NCBI GenBank assembly: GCA_963667255.1
Contig: OY762940.1
Location: forward strand, 864,001 to 928,000
Source: Candidatus Cloacimonadota bacterium
Lineage (GTDB): Bacteria > Cloacimonadota > Cloacimonadia > G963667145
Reading direction: 5' to 3'
DNA length: 64,000 bases
The notes under the pieces were generated by a model. The model did not search any database. It was given only the letters and a program-made list of their open reading frames with translations, and was not told the origin of the DNA. A program made the position numbers and the translations under genes. Below, piece by piece: positions 29,855-39,163 of this stretch. Every line of letters starts with the position of its first letter. Positions within the stretch are counted from its first letter, which is position 1.

Positions 29855-32800
29855 ATGTATGAAACTATTGATCCCAAGAAAAAAAGTGCTGAGATAGAAG
29901 CACAAATCGCTGATAAATGGGAGAAAATCGATATTTTGAGCAAGAGTAGCGACAAGGGAGACGAAGAGTTTATCTTTTTTGAAGGTCCTCCGACTGCGAA
30001 TGGCAAGCCGGGTATTCATCATGTGATGGCTCGCTCTATCAAGGATACTGTCTGCCGATACAAGACGATGCAGGGTTATCGATTTAAGCGAAAAGCTGGC
30101 TGGGATACTCACGGATTGCCTGTGGAGATAGAGGTGCAAAAGCAATTGGGTTTGGACGACAGGAACAAGATTTTGGATTATGGGATTGAGGAGTTCAACC
30201 AAAAGTGTCGTGATTCCGTGTTTAGCTATGAGAAACTCTGGCGGAAGATGACCGAGCAAATGGGCTACGAGATTGATATGAATAACCCTTACATCACTCT
30301 GGACAACAATTACATTGAGTCTGTGTGGTGGCTGCTTGACCAGATGTGGAAGAAGGGGCTTCTGTATCAGGGGCATAAGGTTGTGCCGTTTTGTCCTAAA
30401 TGTGGCACTCCGCTGTCTTCTCACGAGGTGGCTCTTGGCTATCAGGAAGTTACCGAGCCGTCTGTGTTCATCAAGTTTCGTAAGAAAGGCGAGGCGAAAA
30501 CTTACTTCTTGGCTTGGACGACAACGCCGTGGACGCTTGCGGGCAATGTGGCTCTCGTGGTTGGTGCAGATTTGGACTATGTGAAGGTGGAGTGTGACGG
30601 AGAAAATCTCATTCTTGCCAAAAATTTGTTGAAGATTTTGGATGGAGAATATAAAATTTTGGAGGAGTTCAAAGGCGAAGCTCTTCTGGGGCAAGAGTAT
30701 GAGCCTCTTTTTGATTTGCCAGCGCTCCAAAACGAAAATTCTCACAAAGTTTACGCTGGCGATTTCGTAACCACCGAAGACGGAACTGGCATCGTGCATA
30801 CAGCGGGAATGTATGGCGAAGACGATTACCAAGTCTGCAAAAAGCACGGTATTCCGCTGGTTCACACTGTGGGCGAGGACGGCAAATACAACAGCAATTT
30901 CCCGATGCTTGAGGGTTACTTTGTCAAAGACAAAGAGGTGGAGAAGCAAATCATCATCAGTCTGAAAGAGCGGGGACTTTTTTTCCGCAAAGAGAATTTT
31001 AAGCACACCTATCCGTTTTGCTGGCGATGCAATAGTCCGCTACTCTACTACGCTCGCAACAGTTGGTATATCAAGACGACCGACTACAAGGACAAGATGA
31101 TTGAGGAAAACAAGAAGGTCAACTGGGTGCCGAATTTCGTGGGTGAAGGTCGCTTTGGTTCTTGGCTGGAGAATAACACCGATTGGGCTATCTCGCGTGA
31201 TAGATTTTGGGGAACTCCGCTGAATATTTGGGTTTGTGATGATTGCAAATCTATGACCAGTATCGGTTCGCGAGAGGAGTTGATGAGTCGCGGAAAAACT
31301 ACCGATGGGAAAGCTGTTTCGCCAAATCCTGAACTGCACAAGCCCTTCGTGGACGACATCGTTCTTACTTGTCCCGACTGTGGCGGTGTGATGCACAGAG
31401 TGCCACAAGTGATTGATTGCTGGTTCGATAGCGGTGCGATGCCGTTTGCTCAGCATCACTATCCGTTTGAGAATAAAGAAAATTTCGATGAGCTTTATCC
31501 TGCCGATTTTATCTGTGAGGGCATCGACCAGACGAGAGGTTGGTTTTATTCGCTCTTGGCGATTTCCACGATTATCAAAGGGCAAACTCCTTACAAAAAT
31601 GTTTTGGTTAACGATTTGATTTTGGACAAAGACGGCAAAAAGATGAGCAAATCGAAGGGCAATACGGTTGACCCTTTCCAAATAATGAACGAATACGGAG
31701 CCGATGCGGTGCGTTGGTATCTGCTTGCCGGCAGTCCTCCGTGGATTCCCACGAAGTTTGACCCTAATGGCGTGAAAGAGGTTGCGGGTAAATTCTTCGG
31801 CACTTTGAAAAACACTTACTCCTTTTTTGCAACTTACGCTAATATTGACGGCTACAAGGTTGAGGGCAAACGAGGGGTTTCGTCGCAAATCGATTGCTGG
31901 ATTATGTCCAAGTTACACGGGCTTATTGCTTATGTGCAAGAGAGGATGGACGCTTACGATTTGACTAAGTCCGTGAGAGCAATCCAAAATTTCACTTGCG
32001 AGGAGCTTTCCAACTGGTATGTGCGTCGCTCTAGAGAGAGGTTCTGGTCGTTTGAGCTGACCGAAGATAAAAAGGACGCTTACTACACCTTGCACACAGT
32101 TTTGGTGGAGCTGTCCAAGCTTATTGCTCCGGTTTCGCCATTTTTGGCAGATTGCATTTTCGGCTCGTTGACTGATGAGGAGTCTGTTCATTTGGCAGAT
32201 TTCCCTGTGAGTGAACCTGCGAAAATCGATTTGGAGTTGGAAAAGAAGATGGACACTGTTATCCAAGTTGTTTCTTTGGGTCGTTTTGCGAGGAATAACG
32301 CTTCCCTCAAAGTTCGTCAGCCTCTTGCCGAGATTAAACTTCCCAAAGGTTTGCAAGCGATTGTGCAAGGCATGGAAGGCTTGATTTTGGAGGAGATTAA
32401 CATCAAGAAAATCGGTTTTGTGGACAAAGATTTCGTCTCTTATGCAGCGAAGCCCAATTTCAAAAGTGTCGGCAAGAAAGTCGGTAAGGACATAAAAGCG
32501 TTGCAAGAGTTTTTGCTTACCGCCGACATCGATGCGATTCAAAAGAGTTTTGCTGATGGCGAGCCTTACCCAGTCAATCTTTCCAGTAACGATTACGAGC
32601 TGGAGAAGGAAGATTTGTTGTTGGAGTTGAAAGCGATGGACGGCTACCAAGTGGAGTCTGGGCAGAATTTCTTTGTGGCTTTGGATACGACACTGTCCGA
32701 AGAGTTGATTTTGGAAGGTTACACGAGAGAGCTAATCAACAAAATCCAGTTCACTCGCAAAAATTCCGGTCTTGAGGTGATGGATAGAATAAATGTCTGC

Positions 32801-32962
32801 TATTACTATGAGGAAGATTTGAGCGAAAAATTGTCTCAGTATTTGGAAGAGTTGAAAAAAGAGACTTTGGCAGATAGCTTCACTAAAGCATCTTCGAGCG
32901 ATGGTATGGAAAGGTGGGATGTGAACGGCTTGGAGATTTATCTGAAAGTGGAGAAGGTTTAG
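29855..32962 (+). CDS. ileS: Isoleucine--tRNA ligase, type 2
   Basis: EGPPTANGKPGIHH, GWDTHGLPVE, WTTTPWTL, EGIDQTRGWF, KMSKS; type-2 C-terminus; ATG after GGAGGAGG. Confidence 0.97.
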   Translation: MYETIDPKKKSAEIEAQIADKWEKIDILSKSSDKGDEEFIFFEGPPTANGKPGIHHVMARSIKDTVCRYKTMQGYRFKRKAGWDTHGLPVEIEVQKQLGLDDRNKILDYGIEEFNQKCRDSVFSYEKLWRKMTEQMGYEIDMNNPYITLDNNYIESVWWLLDQMWKKGLLYQGHKVVPFCPKCGTPLSSHEVALGYQEVTEPSVFIKFRKKGEAKTYFLAWTTTPWTLAGNVALVVGADLDYVKVECDGENLILAKNLLKILDGEYKILEEFKGEALLGQEYEPLFDLPALQNENSHKVYAGDFVTTEDGTGIVHTAGMYGEDDYQVCKKHGIPLVHTVGEDGKYNSNFPMLEGYFVKDKEVEKQIIISLKERGLFFRKENFKHTYPFCWRCNSPLLYYARNSWYIKTTDYKDKMIEENKKVNWVPNFVGEGRFGSWLENNTDWAISRDRFWGTPLNIWVCDDCKSMTSIGSREELMSRGKTTDGKAVSPNPELHKPFVDDIVLTCPDCGGVMHRVPQVIDCWFDSGAMPFAQHHYPFENKENFDELYPADFICEGIDQTRGWFYSLLAISTIIKGQTPYKNVLVNDLILDKDGKKMSKSKGNTVDPFQIMNEYGADAVRWYLLAGSPPWIPTKFDPNGVKEVAGKFFGTLKNTYSFFATYANIDGYKVEGKRGVSSQIDCWIMSKLHGLIAYVQERMDAYDLTKSVRAIQNFTCEELSNWYVRRSRERFWSFELTEDKKDAYYTLHTVLVELSKLIAPVSPFLADCIFGSLTDEESVHLADFPVSEPAKIDLELEKKMDTVIQVVSLGRFARNNASLKVRQPLAEIKLPKGLQAIVQGMEGLILEEINIKKIGFVDKDFVSYAAKPNFKSVGKKVGKDIKALQEFLLTADIDAIQKSFADGEPYPVNLSSNDYELEKEDLLLELKAMDGYQVESGQNFFVALDTTLSEELILEGYTRELINKIQFTRKNSGLEVMDRINVCYYYEEDLSEKLSQYLEELKKETLADSFTKASSSDGMERWDVNGLEIYLKVEKV

Positions 32963-33069
32963 GCATAGATTTTTCTTCTGAACAGTTAGTTGCAACTTAC
33001 TGTTGACAATAACACGGCAGGTAAAATATTTACCAAGAATATGAATTTGTAGAAACAGGAGACTGAGTG

Positions 33070-33387
33070 ATGTACGCAATTGTTGATTTTAAAGGTATGC
33101 AGTTTAAGGCTGAAAAGGATAAGGTTGTTAAAGTTCCTTTTCTTAAGGATGCCGAAGTTGGCTCCAGCATTAGCTTGGATAGCGTGATTTTTTATAAGGA
33201 TGATAAAGATGTTCTTTTGGGAATGCCAAATGTAGAGAACACCAAGGTTGAGATAGAAGTTTTGGCTCACAAGAAGGACAAGAAAATAATCGTTTTCAAG
33301 AAGAAGAGAAGAAAAGGTTATCAAAGAAAACAAGGTCACAGACAGGATTTTACTGAGATTAAAGTTAAAGATATTGTAAGGAGCTAA
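33070..33387 (+). CDS. rplU: 50S ribosomal protein L21
   Basis: MYAIV...[24 protein letters not shown]. Confidence 0.97.
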   Translation: MYAIVDFKGMQFKAEKDKVVKVPFLKDAEVGSSISLDSVIFYKDDKDVLLGMPNVENTKVEIEVLAHKKDKKIIVFKKKRRKGYQRKQGHRQDFTEIKVKDIVRS

Positions 33388-33390
33388 CCA

Positions 33391-33639
33391 ATGGCACATA
33401 AGAAAGGTGGTGGATCGACCAAGAACGGAAGAGATAGTAATCCTAAGTATCTCGGTGTGAAAAAATATGGTGGCGAGAGCGTGATTGCCGGAAATATTAT
33501 TGTTCGTCAAAGAGGCACCAAGCTCAAACCCGGTCGCAATGTCGGCTTGGGCAAAGACCACACTATTTTTAGTTTGATAGATGGTAATGTTTTATTTACT
33601 ACTGGCAAAGACGGACGCAAGTTCGTTAATGTAGTGTAA
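33391..33639 (+). CDS. rpmA: 50S ribosomal protein L27
   Basis: [33 protein letters not shown]. Confidence 0.98.
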   Translation: MAHKKGGGSTKNGRDSNPKYLGVKKYGGESVIAGNIIVRQRGTKLKPGRNVGLGKDHTIFSLIDGNVLFTTGKDGRKFVNVV

Positions 33640-33658
33640 ATTTTTTAAAAATAATTTG

Positions 33659-33692
33659 AAGCAAACTTGGTGTTTCTGAGTTTGCTTTTTTA
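33659..33692 (+). terminator. Intrinsic terminator after rpmA
   Basis: AAGCAAACTTGG-TGTTT-CTGAGTTTGCTT followed by a T run. Confidence 0.75.
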
Positions 33693-33706
33693 TTTGGAGA
33701 TTTGTA

Positions 33707-34039
33707 ATGACGAGAAAGATAGAGATTAAACTTCTGAAGATTTACAGTAGAGTTTTGACTTATTTGATTGACGACCCTGTGTTGCAGTTTGTGAATATAA
33801 ATGATGTGAAGATTGCCAAAGATTTGTCTTTGGCGAATGTTTATGTGTCTTGTTTCGATCCGAACAATAGCAAAAAAAAAGTGCTTGCTCACTTGGAGAA
33901 GAGTTCGGGAGTTTTCAAGTCAGAGTTGGCGAGGTTGAAGACTATTCGGAGAATCCCTGAGATGCAGTTTCATTACGATGACACTGTGGAGAGAGCTGTG
34001 GAGCTGAGTGGGAAGATAGAGGAGTTGACGAATAGTTGA
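33707..34039 (+). CDS. rbfA: Ribosome-binding factor A
   Basis: IDDPVL..V.I.DVKIAKDLSLANVYV, RRIPEMQFHYD. Confidence 0.85.
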   Translation: MTRKIEIKLLKIYSRVLTYLIDDPVLQFVNINDVKIAKDLSLANVYVSCFDPNNSKKKVLAHLEKSSGVFKSELARLKTIRRIPEMQFHYDDTVERAVELSGKIEELTNS

Positions 34040-34141
34040 TTTAATTATACTTTCTTTTGTTCTTGGTATACGGGAAATCATTAGGGAAAATTTTTTAACA
34101 TTATGACTTGACGGCTATAAAAAATTCTGAACTTTTGCTGT

Positions 34142-34219
34142 ATGAAAATAAATAAATTAGTCAGTCAGTCAGTCAGTCAAGGCTGTATATGGTTTAGTAA
34201 GTCAATTAATTTTAGATAG
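34142..34219 (+). CDS. Putative 25-aa leader peptide containing (AGTC)5
   Basis: MKINKLVSQSVSQGCIWFSKSINFR*; TTGACG at 34108; stop lies 2 nt before a terminator stem; no SD seen. Confidence 0.35.
   Translation: MKINKLVSQSVSQGCIWFSKSINFR
34159..34178. repeat. Tetranucleotide simple sequence repeat (AGTC)5
   Basis: Five exact AGTC units. Confidence 0.95.
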
Positions 34220-34221
34220 TT

Positions 34222-34258
34222 AGAGATAGTTCGATTTGTTCGAGCTGTCTCTTTTTTT
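34222..34258 (+). terminator. Intrinsic terminator or attenuator
   Basis: 13-bp stem AGAGATAGTTCGA / TCGAGCTGTCTCT (two G-U pairs), 5-nt loop, six further T. Confidence 0.8.
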
Positions 34259-34279
34259 GTGTTAAAAAATAAAAAAAAG

Positions 34280-35390
34280 GGGAGCGTGCATTTAATTGGG
34301 TCTAATTTCCACTCCTTTTGAATAATTATTGAACCAAATTTTCAAAAAATGATTCATATTTTTTTCAGATTTAAATCCGTCTAAATTTTTTAATTTCCTA
34401 TTCAATTGTCGATTAATATTTTCAATTTTATTTGTTGTTTTATCCAAAAAATCGTAATGAAAATGAGCAGTTAATAAACCAAAGTTTCGATTAATTGATT
34501 TAATAAAACGCTTATGAATTTTTAGGCGAAAAAATTTTTCATAGTGATTAAGCGAACTTAAATTATTTTCAGCTTCTTGTAAAGTTTCAGCATTTAAAAT
34601 GCTCTTAATCAAGTTCTTAAAGAAAATATTTCGTCTAAAAAACTTACTCTTTTTTGTTTTAGGAACATTGATATTAACGCTTCTTAAATAATGAACCAAG
34701 CAAATTTGATGTGGAACATCTTCAAAAAGTTGGTTAACTGGCTTAACAAAGCACTTCCCTCGCCCAAAATCTGACACAATCCCAATTATTTTGTTGTCAT
34801 ACATTTTTTTTAGTCTATTCAAAAAGTCTTCAGATGAACTACTATGTTCTCTATCATAAATCTTGTAATATATTGGTTTATCAAGTAGTTTGCTACTGGC
34901 GACTAAGACAACTTTTCGCTTACCGTTTATCTTAATTTCCTTGCCATCAATATAAATTGTTGTCTCATCTATATTGCTGTGTAACACATTATCCTGATAT
35001 AAATTAGCTCGCTGAGGTATCCAATTAAGAGTACTATTTTTACAAATCCCATGTCTTTTAGCAACTTCAGAAAGAGAACTTTTGGTTGAAATATAGTCAG
35101 TAACAACCTTATCTTTGAATTTTGGTGCAAAATGAGTTCTCTTATTATATCCAAAATTGGTAAAACTTATTTGGCAATCTTTACAATAAAATCGTTGAGT
35201 TTTGACTTTAATTTTCCCACGATTAGTTGTTCTTTCAGAGAAAATATATCCCTTCTTTTTTGTGTTTAAGCTATCACAATTTGGACAGCGTTTTTTTTGA
35301 TTATACTCATGGCATTTTAATAAATGTTCATAACTTATTCTGTCAAACATAATTAGGTCTTATTTCAGACCCAGTTATTTGCACACTCCC
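34280..35390 (-). mobile_element. IS256-family insertion sequence, copy 2 (1111 bp, inverted)
   Basis: Same IRs as copy 1; 8-bp duplication AAAAAAAG at 34272-34279 and 35391-35398. Confidence 0.95.
34292..35350 (-). CDS. IS256-family transposase
   Basis: Same protein as copy 1 except KNSILN to KNSTLN. Confidence 0.9.
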   Translation of the reverse strand: MFDRISYEHLLKCHEYNQKKRCPNCDSLNTKKKGYIFSERTTNRGKIKVKTQRFYCKDCQISFTNFGYNKRTHFAPKFKDKVVTDYISTKSSLSEVAKRHGICKNSTLNWIPQRANLYQDNVLHSNIDETTIYIDGKEIKINGKRKVVLVASSKLLDKPIYYKIYDREHSSSSEDFLNRLKKMYDNKIIGIVSDFGRGKCFVKPVNQLFEDVPHQICLVHYLRSVNINVPKTKKSKFFRRNIFFKNLIKSILNAETLQEAENNLSSLNHYEKFFRLKIHKRFIKSINRNFGLLTAHFHYDFLDKTTNKIENINRQLNRKLKNLDGFKSEKNMNHFLKIWFNNYSKGVEIRPN

Positions 35391-35408
35391 AAAAAAAGCG
35401 AGGAAAAG

Positions 35409-36875
35409 ATGAAAGTAAAAAGTCTTTTAATGATGTTGTTAGCTGTTTTTATGCTGTTTGCTCTTGGTTGTGATTTGGACAGCCTTTTTGGTAATGATGA
35501 GGATGATAAAAAAGATCCCACAAGTACTACAACTACGGTTTCTTTGAGTTATCCCGCCAATGAATCGACAGAGCAATCTACAACTATCACATTTAAATGG
35601 AGTTGTGATGCTAACTTATTTGATGTGTATCTTGGCACAAGTCCTTCAAATCTTAGCAAAATTGCCGGTAATCTTACCAGTAGCAGTTTTACTAAAAGTG
35701 ATTTAGCTCCAGGGACTAAATATTATTGGAAAGTTGTAGTGAATATTGGTGGCGTGACTATAGAAAGTCCTGTGAGAAGTTTTACTACTAAGAGTTCCAG
35801 TACAACCTCTACTTTAAATATAGCTTCTTCCTCATCAGGTGCTATAGCTACAGCAAGTAGTTATGGTAGTTATGCTGGTGAAATTAGAAATGCCTCTAAA
35901 ATTAATGATGGAGATATTAATACAGGTTGGGCTGGCACAAGTATTCCAGCTTGGAATAAAATTGAGTTTAATAAAGAGTACACAATAACAAAAATCAAAT
36001 GTACAGCTTATTATCATACACAAACTTACACCCTTGAATTATCTACTGATGGAATAAATTGGCAAAATGTAGCAACTCATACAACCCCAGACAACAAACC
36101 AAGTGGACAAGACGAGGGTTTAGATGTTTATGAAGTGGATATTAATAATATTTCTGCTAAATATGTGCGTGTTACAGTAAACAAAACAGATGCTCCAGCT
36201 TCACATATTTATCAAGCAACGATTAATGAAATAGAAGTATATGCAACAAATACATTTTTTAGCGAAGACTACGAGAGTTGCACAGTAGGTAGTTTGCCGA
36301 GCGATTATTATATTCGTCATAATGGGTCTGGCGATAGTTACCAAAAAGTAATTCAAAGTGGAAGTACCAAGTGCCTACAATTAGTATCAGCATATTATTG
36401 GGCAGTTTCTATGACTAAAAAAATTGATAATGATTTACCTTCTGTAACCAAAGGAAGTGTTGATATTAAATTTGCAACTAATTGCACAAATTATTCTTAC
36501 GGAAATACTAATCATGTTTTTGGGAAATTTGTAGAACTAAATGCTTTTAGTATTAAGAATAAAGCAAATAAAAGTTTTGGTTTCTGTGCTGCAAGACTTG
36601 CAAGTGATGGGAATTATTATATATTATGCGATGAAAAAAAACACAAAGTGAATAATGATGAATGGATTACTATAAGTTATGAAGTAGATTTTAATAATAA
36701 TAAATATGAAGTAAAAGTAAATGGCAATTCATTTTGTAGTGGCAATACTTTATTTCCTGTTACTAATTTTTCAGAAGAGTGGAGAACAACAGATGGTTCA
36801 GCTTGCATATACCTTCATGTGGGAAATTCTGCCAAATTGACAGGTTTATTTGATAATATTAAAATAACGAACTAA
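35409..36875 (+). CDS. Lipoprotein with FN3-like module, F5/8 type C (discoidin/CBM32-like) domain and C-terminal beta-rich domain
   Basis: Lipobox FALGC; YPAN...FDVYLGT...PGTKYYWKV; ASKINDGDINTGW...STDGINW...KYVRV...NEIEVY. Confidence 0.75.
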   Translation: MKVKSLLMMLLAVFMLFALGCDLDSLFGNDEDDKKDPTSTTTTVSLSYPANESTEQSTTITFKWSCDANLFDVYLGTSPSNLSKIAGNLTSSSFTKSDLAPGTKYYWKVVVNIGGVTIESPVRSFTTKSSSTTSTLNIASSSSGAIATASSYGSYAGEIRNASKINDGDINTGWAGTSIPAWNKIEFNKEYTITKIKCTAYYHTQTYTLELSTDGINWQNVATHTTPDNKPSGQDEGLDVYEVDINNISAKYVRVTVNKTDAPASHIYQATINEIEVYATNTFFSEDYESCTVGSLPSDYYIRHNGSGDSYQKVIQSGSTKCLQLVSAYYWAVSMTKKIDNDLPSVTKGSVDIKFATNCTNYSYGNTNHVFGKFVELNAFSIKNKANKSFGFCAARLASDGNYYILCDEKKHKVNNDEWITISYEVDFNNNKYEVKVNGNSFCSGNTLFPVTNFSEEWRTTDGSACIYLHVGNSAKLTGLFDNIKITN

Positions 36876-36892
36876 AAATAAATAAATTATTG

Positions 36893-36924
36893 AAAGAGTC
36901 TCTATAATAAGAGGCTCTTTTTTT
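36893..36924 (+). terminator. Intrinsic terminator
   Basis: AAAGAGTCTCT-ATAATA-AGAGGCTCTTT followed by a T run. Confidence 0.8.
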
Positions 36925-37127
36925 GTTTGGCAGACAATTCGAGTATTTTTTTACTCTAAATTTTGTAAAAGGGGAAGTAAGTGTACATTTTCTCCAGTAT
37001 TATTATTTGACAAATAGTGTTATATTTAACCTATAGTTTATAGGAGTTTGATTATAGCAAGATTTGCGATTCCCTCTTTCTTTGTTATTTGTTTATTGCG
37101 TTAGAAGATTGATTAAGGATAGGATTG

Positions 37128-39086
37128 ATGATAAAAAAGTTGCTTTTTATATTATTGACTTTAGTGATTTATTTCGCTATTTCTTGTACATGCAATAGCA
37201 ATCCTTTTACTCCTTATGAAATAACTGCAACGGATAGTCTTTCCGTTACCTTAGTTTCCCCTGCCAACGGAGCAACAAATCAAGATACAAGTGTGATATT
37301 GAGTTGGAGTGGAACTGCAGAAACTTATGATGTGTATTTAGGAACGGATTCCACCAGTCTTAGTAAAATTATAAGCACAGATAGCACAAATTGTATAAAG
37401 AGCGGACTAAGCAAAGGGACAACATATTTTTGGAGAGTGGTAGGTATAAGAGGCAGTGTGAGCGATACAAGTGTTATTAGGTTTTTTACCACAAAAATAA
37501 ATGTGTCTCTGATTTCTCCTACCAATGGAGCAACAAATCAGGACACAAGCGTAACATTGAATTGGAGTGGAACAGCTGAAACCTATGATGTGTATTTGGG
37601 AACTGATTCCACCAGTCTTAGTAAAATTATAAGCACAGATAGCACAAATTGTATAAAGAGCGGACTAAACAAAGGGACAACATATTTTTGGAGAGTGGTA
37701 GGTATAAGAGGCAGTGTGAGCGATACAAGTGTTATTAGGTTTTTTACCACAAAAATAGATGTGTCTCTGATTTCTCCTACCAATGGAGCAACAAATCAGG
37801 ACACAAGTGTAACATTGAATTGGAGTGGAACAGCTGAAACCTATGATGTGTATTTAGGAACGGATTCTTCTAGTCTTACTAAAATTTATAGTACCAATAG
37901 TACAAGTTATACGAAGAGCGGACTAAACAAAGGGACAAAGTATTATTGGAAAGTGGTAGGTAACAAAGGTAGCGTGAGCAGTGCAAGTGATGTTTGGAAT
38001 TTTACTACAAAAATAAGTGTTCTTCTAATTTCCCCTGCCAACGGAGCAACTGAACAACCGACCGATTTGACTTTTAGTTGGAGTGGAACAGCAGAAACCT
38101 ATGATGTGTATTTGGGAACTGATTCCACCAGTCTTAGTAAAATAGCAAGCAACTTAACAGCAACCACTTATACAAAAAACGGGTTAGATGAGATAACTAC
38201 TTATTATTGGAAGGTAGTGGGCACAAAAGGCAGTGTGAGTGGGACAAGTGGTGAGAGAAAATTTATTACTAAGCTTAATTTGAATTTGGAAATGGTGGCG
38301 GTGGACTCAGGTACTTTCCAAATGGGGCTTGGCACATTAGTTGCCACTGATACTGTGCATTCTGTAACCATAAGTAAATCTTTTGAGATATGCAAATATG
38401 AGATAACCAATGATCAAGTGGTAAGAGTATATAATTTGGCAAAGAAGAAATTAAGTGGTCTGAGTTTTAGTTCTACAGCTGTGACTTATAATAGTAATAA
38501 AATATTGGATTTAGAAGCGGGTGCGTGCTACATTGAATATGCATCTTCTTCTGATACATTATATGTAGAAGAGGGCAAAGGGAAATATCCAGTAACTGTA
38601 ATCACTTGGGAAGGAGCAACTTCTTTTGCAGAGTTTATGAATGCTTTATCAGGAACTGACAAATATAGATTACCTACTGAGGCTGAGTGGGAATTTGCAG
38701 CCAGAGGTGGTAAAAGTAGCAATGGTTATATTTATGCTGGTAGCAATACCATAGGTGATGTAGCTTGGTATTTAGACCATTCTTCCACTACTGATAATAC
38801 TTCTAGCAATTGGAAAACTAATCCCGTGGGGAAAAAAAATCCTAACGAACTGGGGATTTATGATATGAGTGGAAATGTTGGTGAATTGTGTTCAGATAGG
38901 AAAGGAAATTATAGCAGTAGCAGTCAAACCGACCCTACAGGAGCGAGTAGTGGCACTGAGCGTGTTTATCGTGGTGGTTCATGGTGTCATGGCGAAGATA
39001 TTTGCAGAGTTTATTGTCGTTCTTATACTTTTAGTTCTACGAGTTCTAGCACTATGATAGGGTTTCGTATAGCTCGTAGTAAGTAG
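37128..39086 (+). CDS. Lipoprotein with four 86-aa FN3-like repeats and a C-terminal FGE-sulfatase (SUMF1/CLec-fold) domain
   Basis: Lipobox FAISC; GTFQMG, KYEITN, YPV..ITW, RLPTEAEWEFAARGG, PNELGIYDMSGNV.E, RGGSW, IGFRIA. Confidence 0.88.
   Translation: MIKKLLFILLTLVIYFAISCTCNSNPFTPYEITATDSLSVTLVSPANGATNQDTSVILSWSGTAETYDVYLGTDSTSLSKIISTDSTNCIKSGLSKGTTYFWRVVGIRGSVSDTSVIRFFTTKINVSLISPTNGATNQDTSVTLNWSGTAETYDVYLGTDSTSLSKIISTDSTNCIKSGLNKGTTYFWRVVGIRGSVSDTSVIRFFTTKIDVSLISPTNGATNQDTSVTLNWSGTAETYDVYLGTDSSSLTKIYSTNSTSYTKSGLNKGTKYYWKVVGNKGSVSSASDVWNFTTKISVLLISPANGATEQPTDLTFSWSGTAETYDVYLGTDSTSLSKIASNLTATTYTKNGLDEITTYYWKVVGTKGSVSGTSGERKFITKLNLNLEMVAVDSGTFQMGLGTLVATDTVHSVTISKSFEICKYEITNDQVVRVYNLAKKKLSGLSFSSTAVTYNSNKILDLEAGACYIEYASSSDTLYVEEGKGKYPVTVITWEGATSFAEFMNALSGTDKYRLPTEAEWEFAARGGKSSNGYIYAGSNTIGDVAWYLDHSSTTDNTSSNWKTNPVGKKNPNELGIYDMSGNVGELCSDRKGNYSSSSQTDPTGASSGTERVYRGGSWCHGEDICRVYCRSYTFSSTSSSTMIGFRIARSK
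37243..38274 (+). repeat. Four tandem 258-bp intragenic repeats
   Basis: Units start at 37243, 37501, 37759 and 38017; units 1 and 2 are nearly identical over their 3' two-thirds. Confidence 0.92.
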
Positions 39087-39163
39087 TCGGTTTTGTTTTC
39101 ATTGTGCGTTTTGGGAATGCTTGGAGAAAATTGACAATTACGCCTTGTATTATCAATTGTTTT

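Noticed and set aside
29316..29862. ORFs of 86, 130 and 71 aa upstream of ileS, and a possible T-box leader
   Set aside because: The ORFs translate palindromic repeats, and no T-box consensus or antiterminator was recognised.
29834..32650. Long antisense ORFs (390, 282 and 245 aa) opposite ileS, and similar ones opposite dxs, pyrG, the dehydrogenase gene and hyd genes
   Set aside because: Shadow frames of well-supported genes with no recognisable motifs.
141..35390. Composite transposon or inversion bounded by IS copies
   Set aside because: Each copy is flanked by its own matching 8-bp duplication, and the enclosed genes are core housekeeping genes.
35379..35408. N-terminal extension MHTPKKSEEK on the lipoprotein
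   Set aside because: It derives from the IS end; the natural start is the ATG at 35409 after GAGG.
37243..38274. Regular repeats considered as a CRISPR array
   Set aside because: They are 258-bp in-frame coding repeats with no unique spacers, and no cas genes are present.
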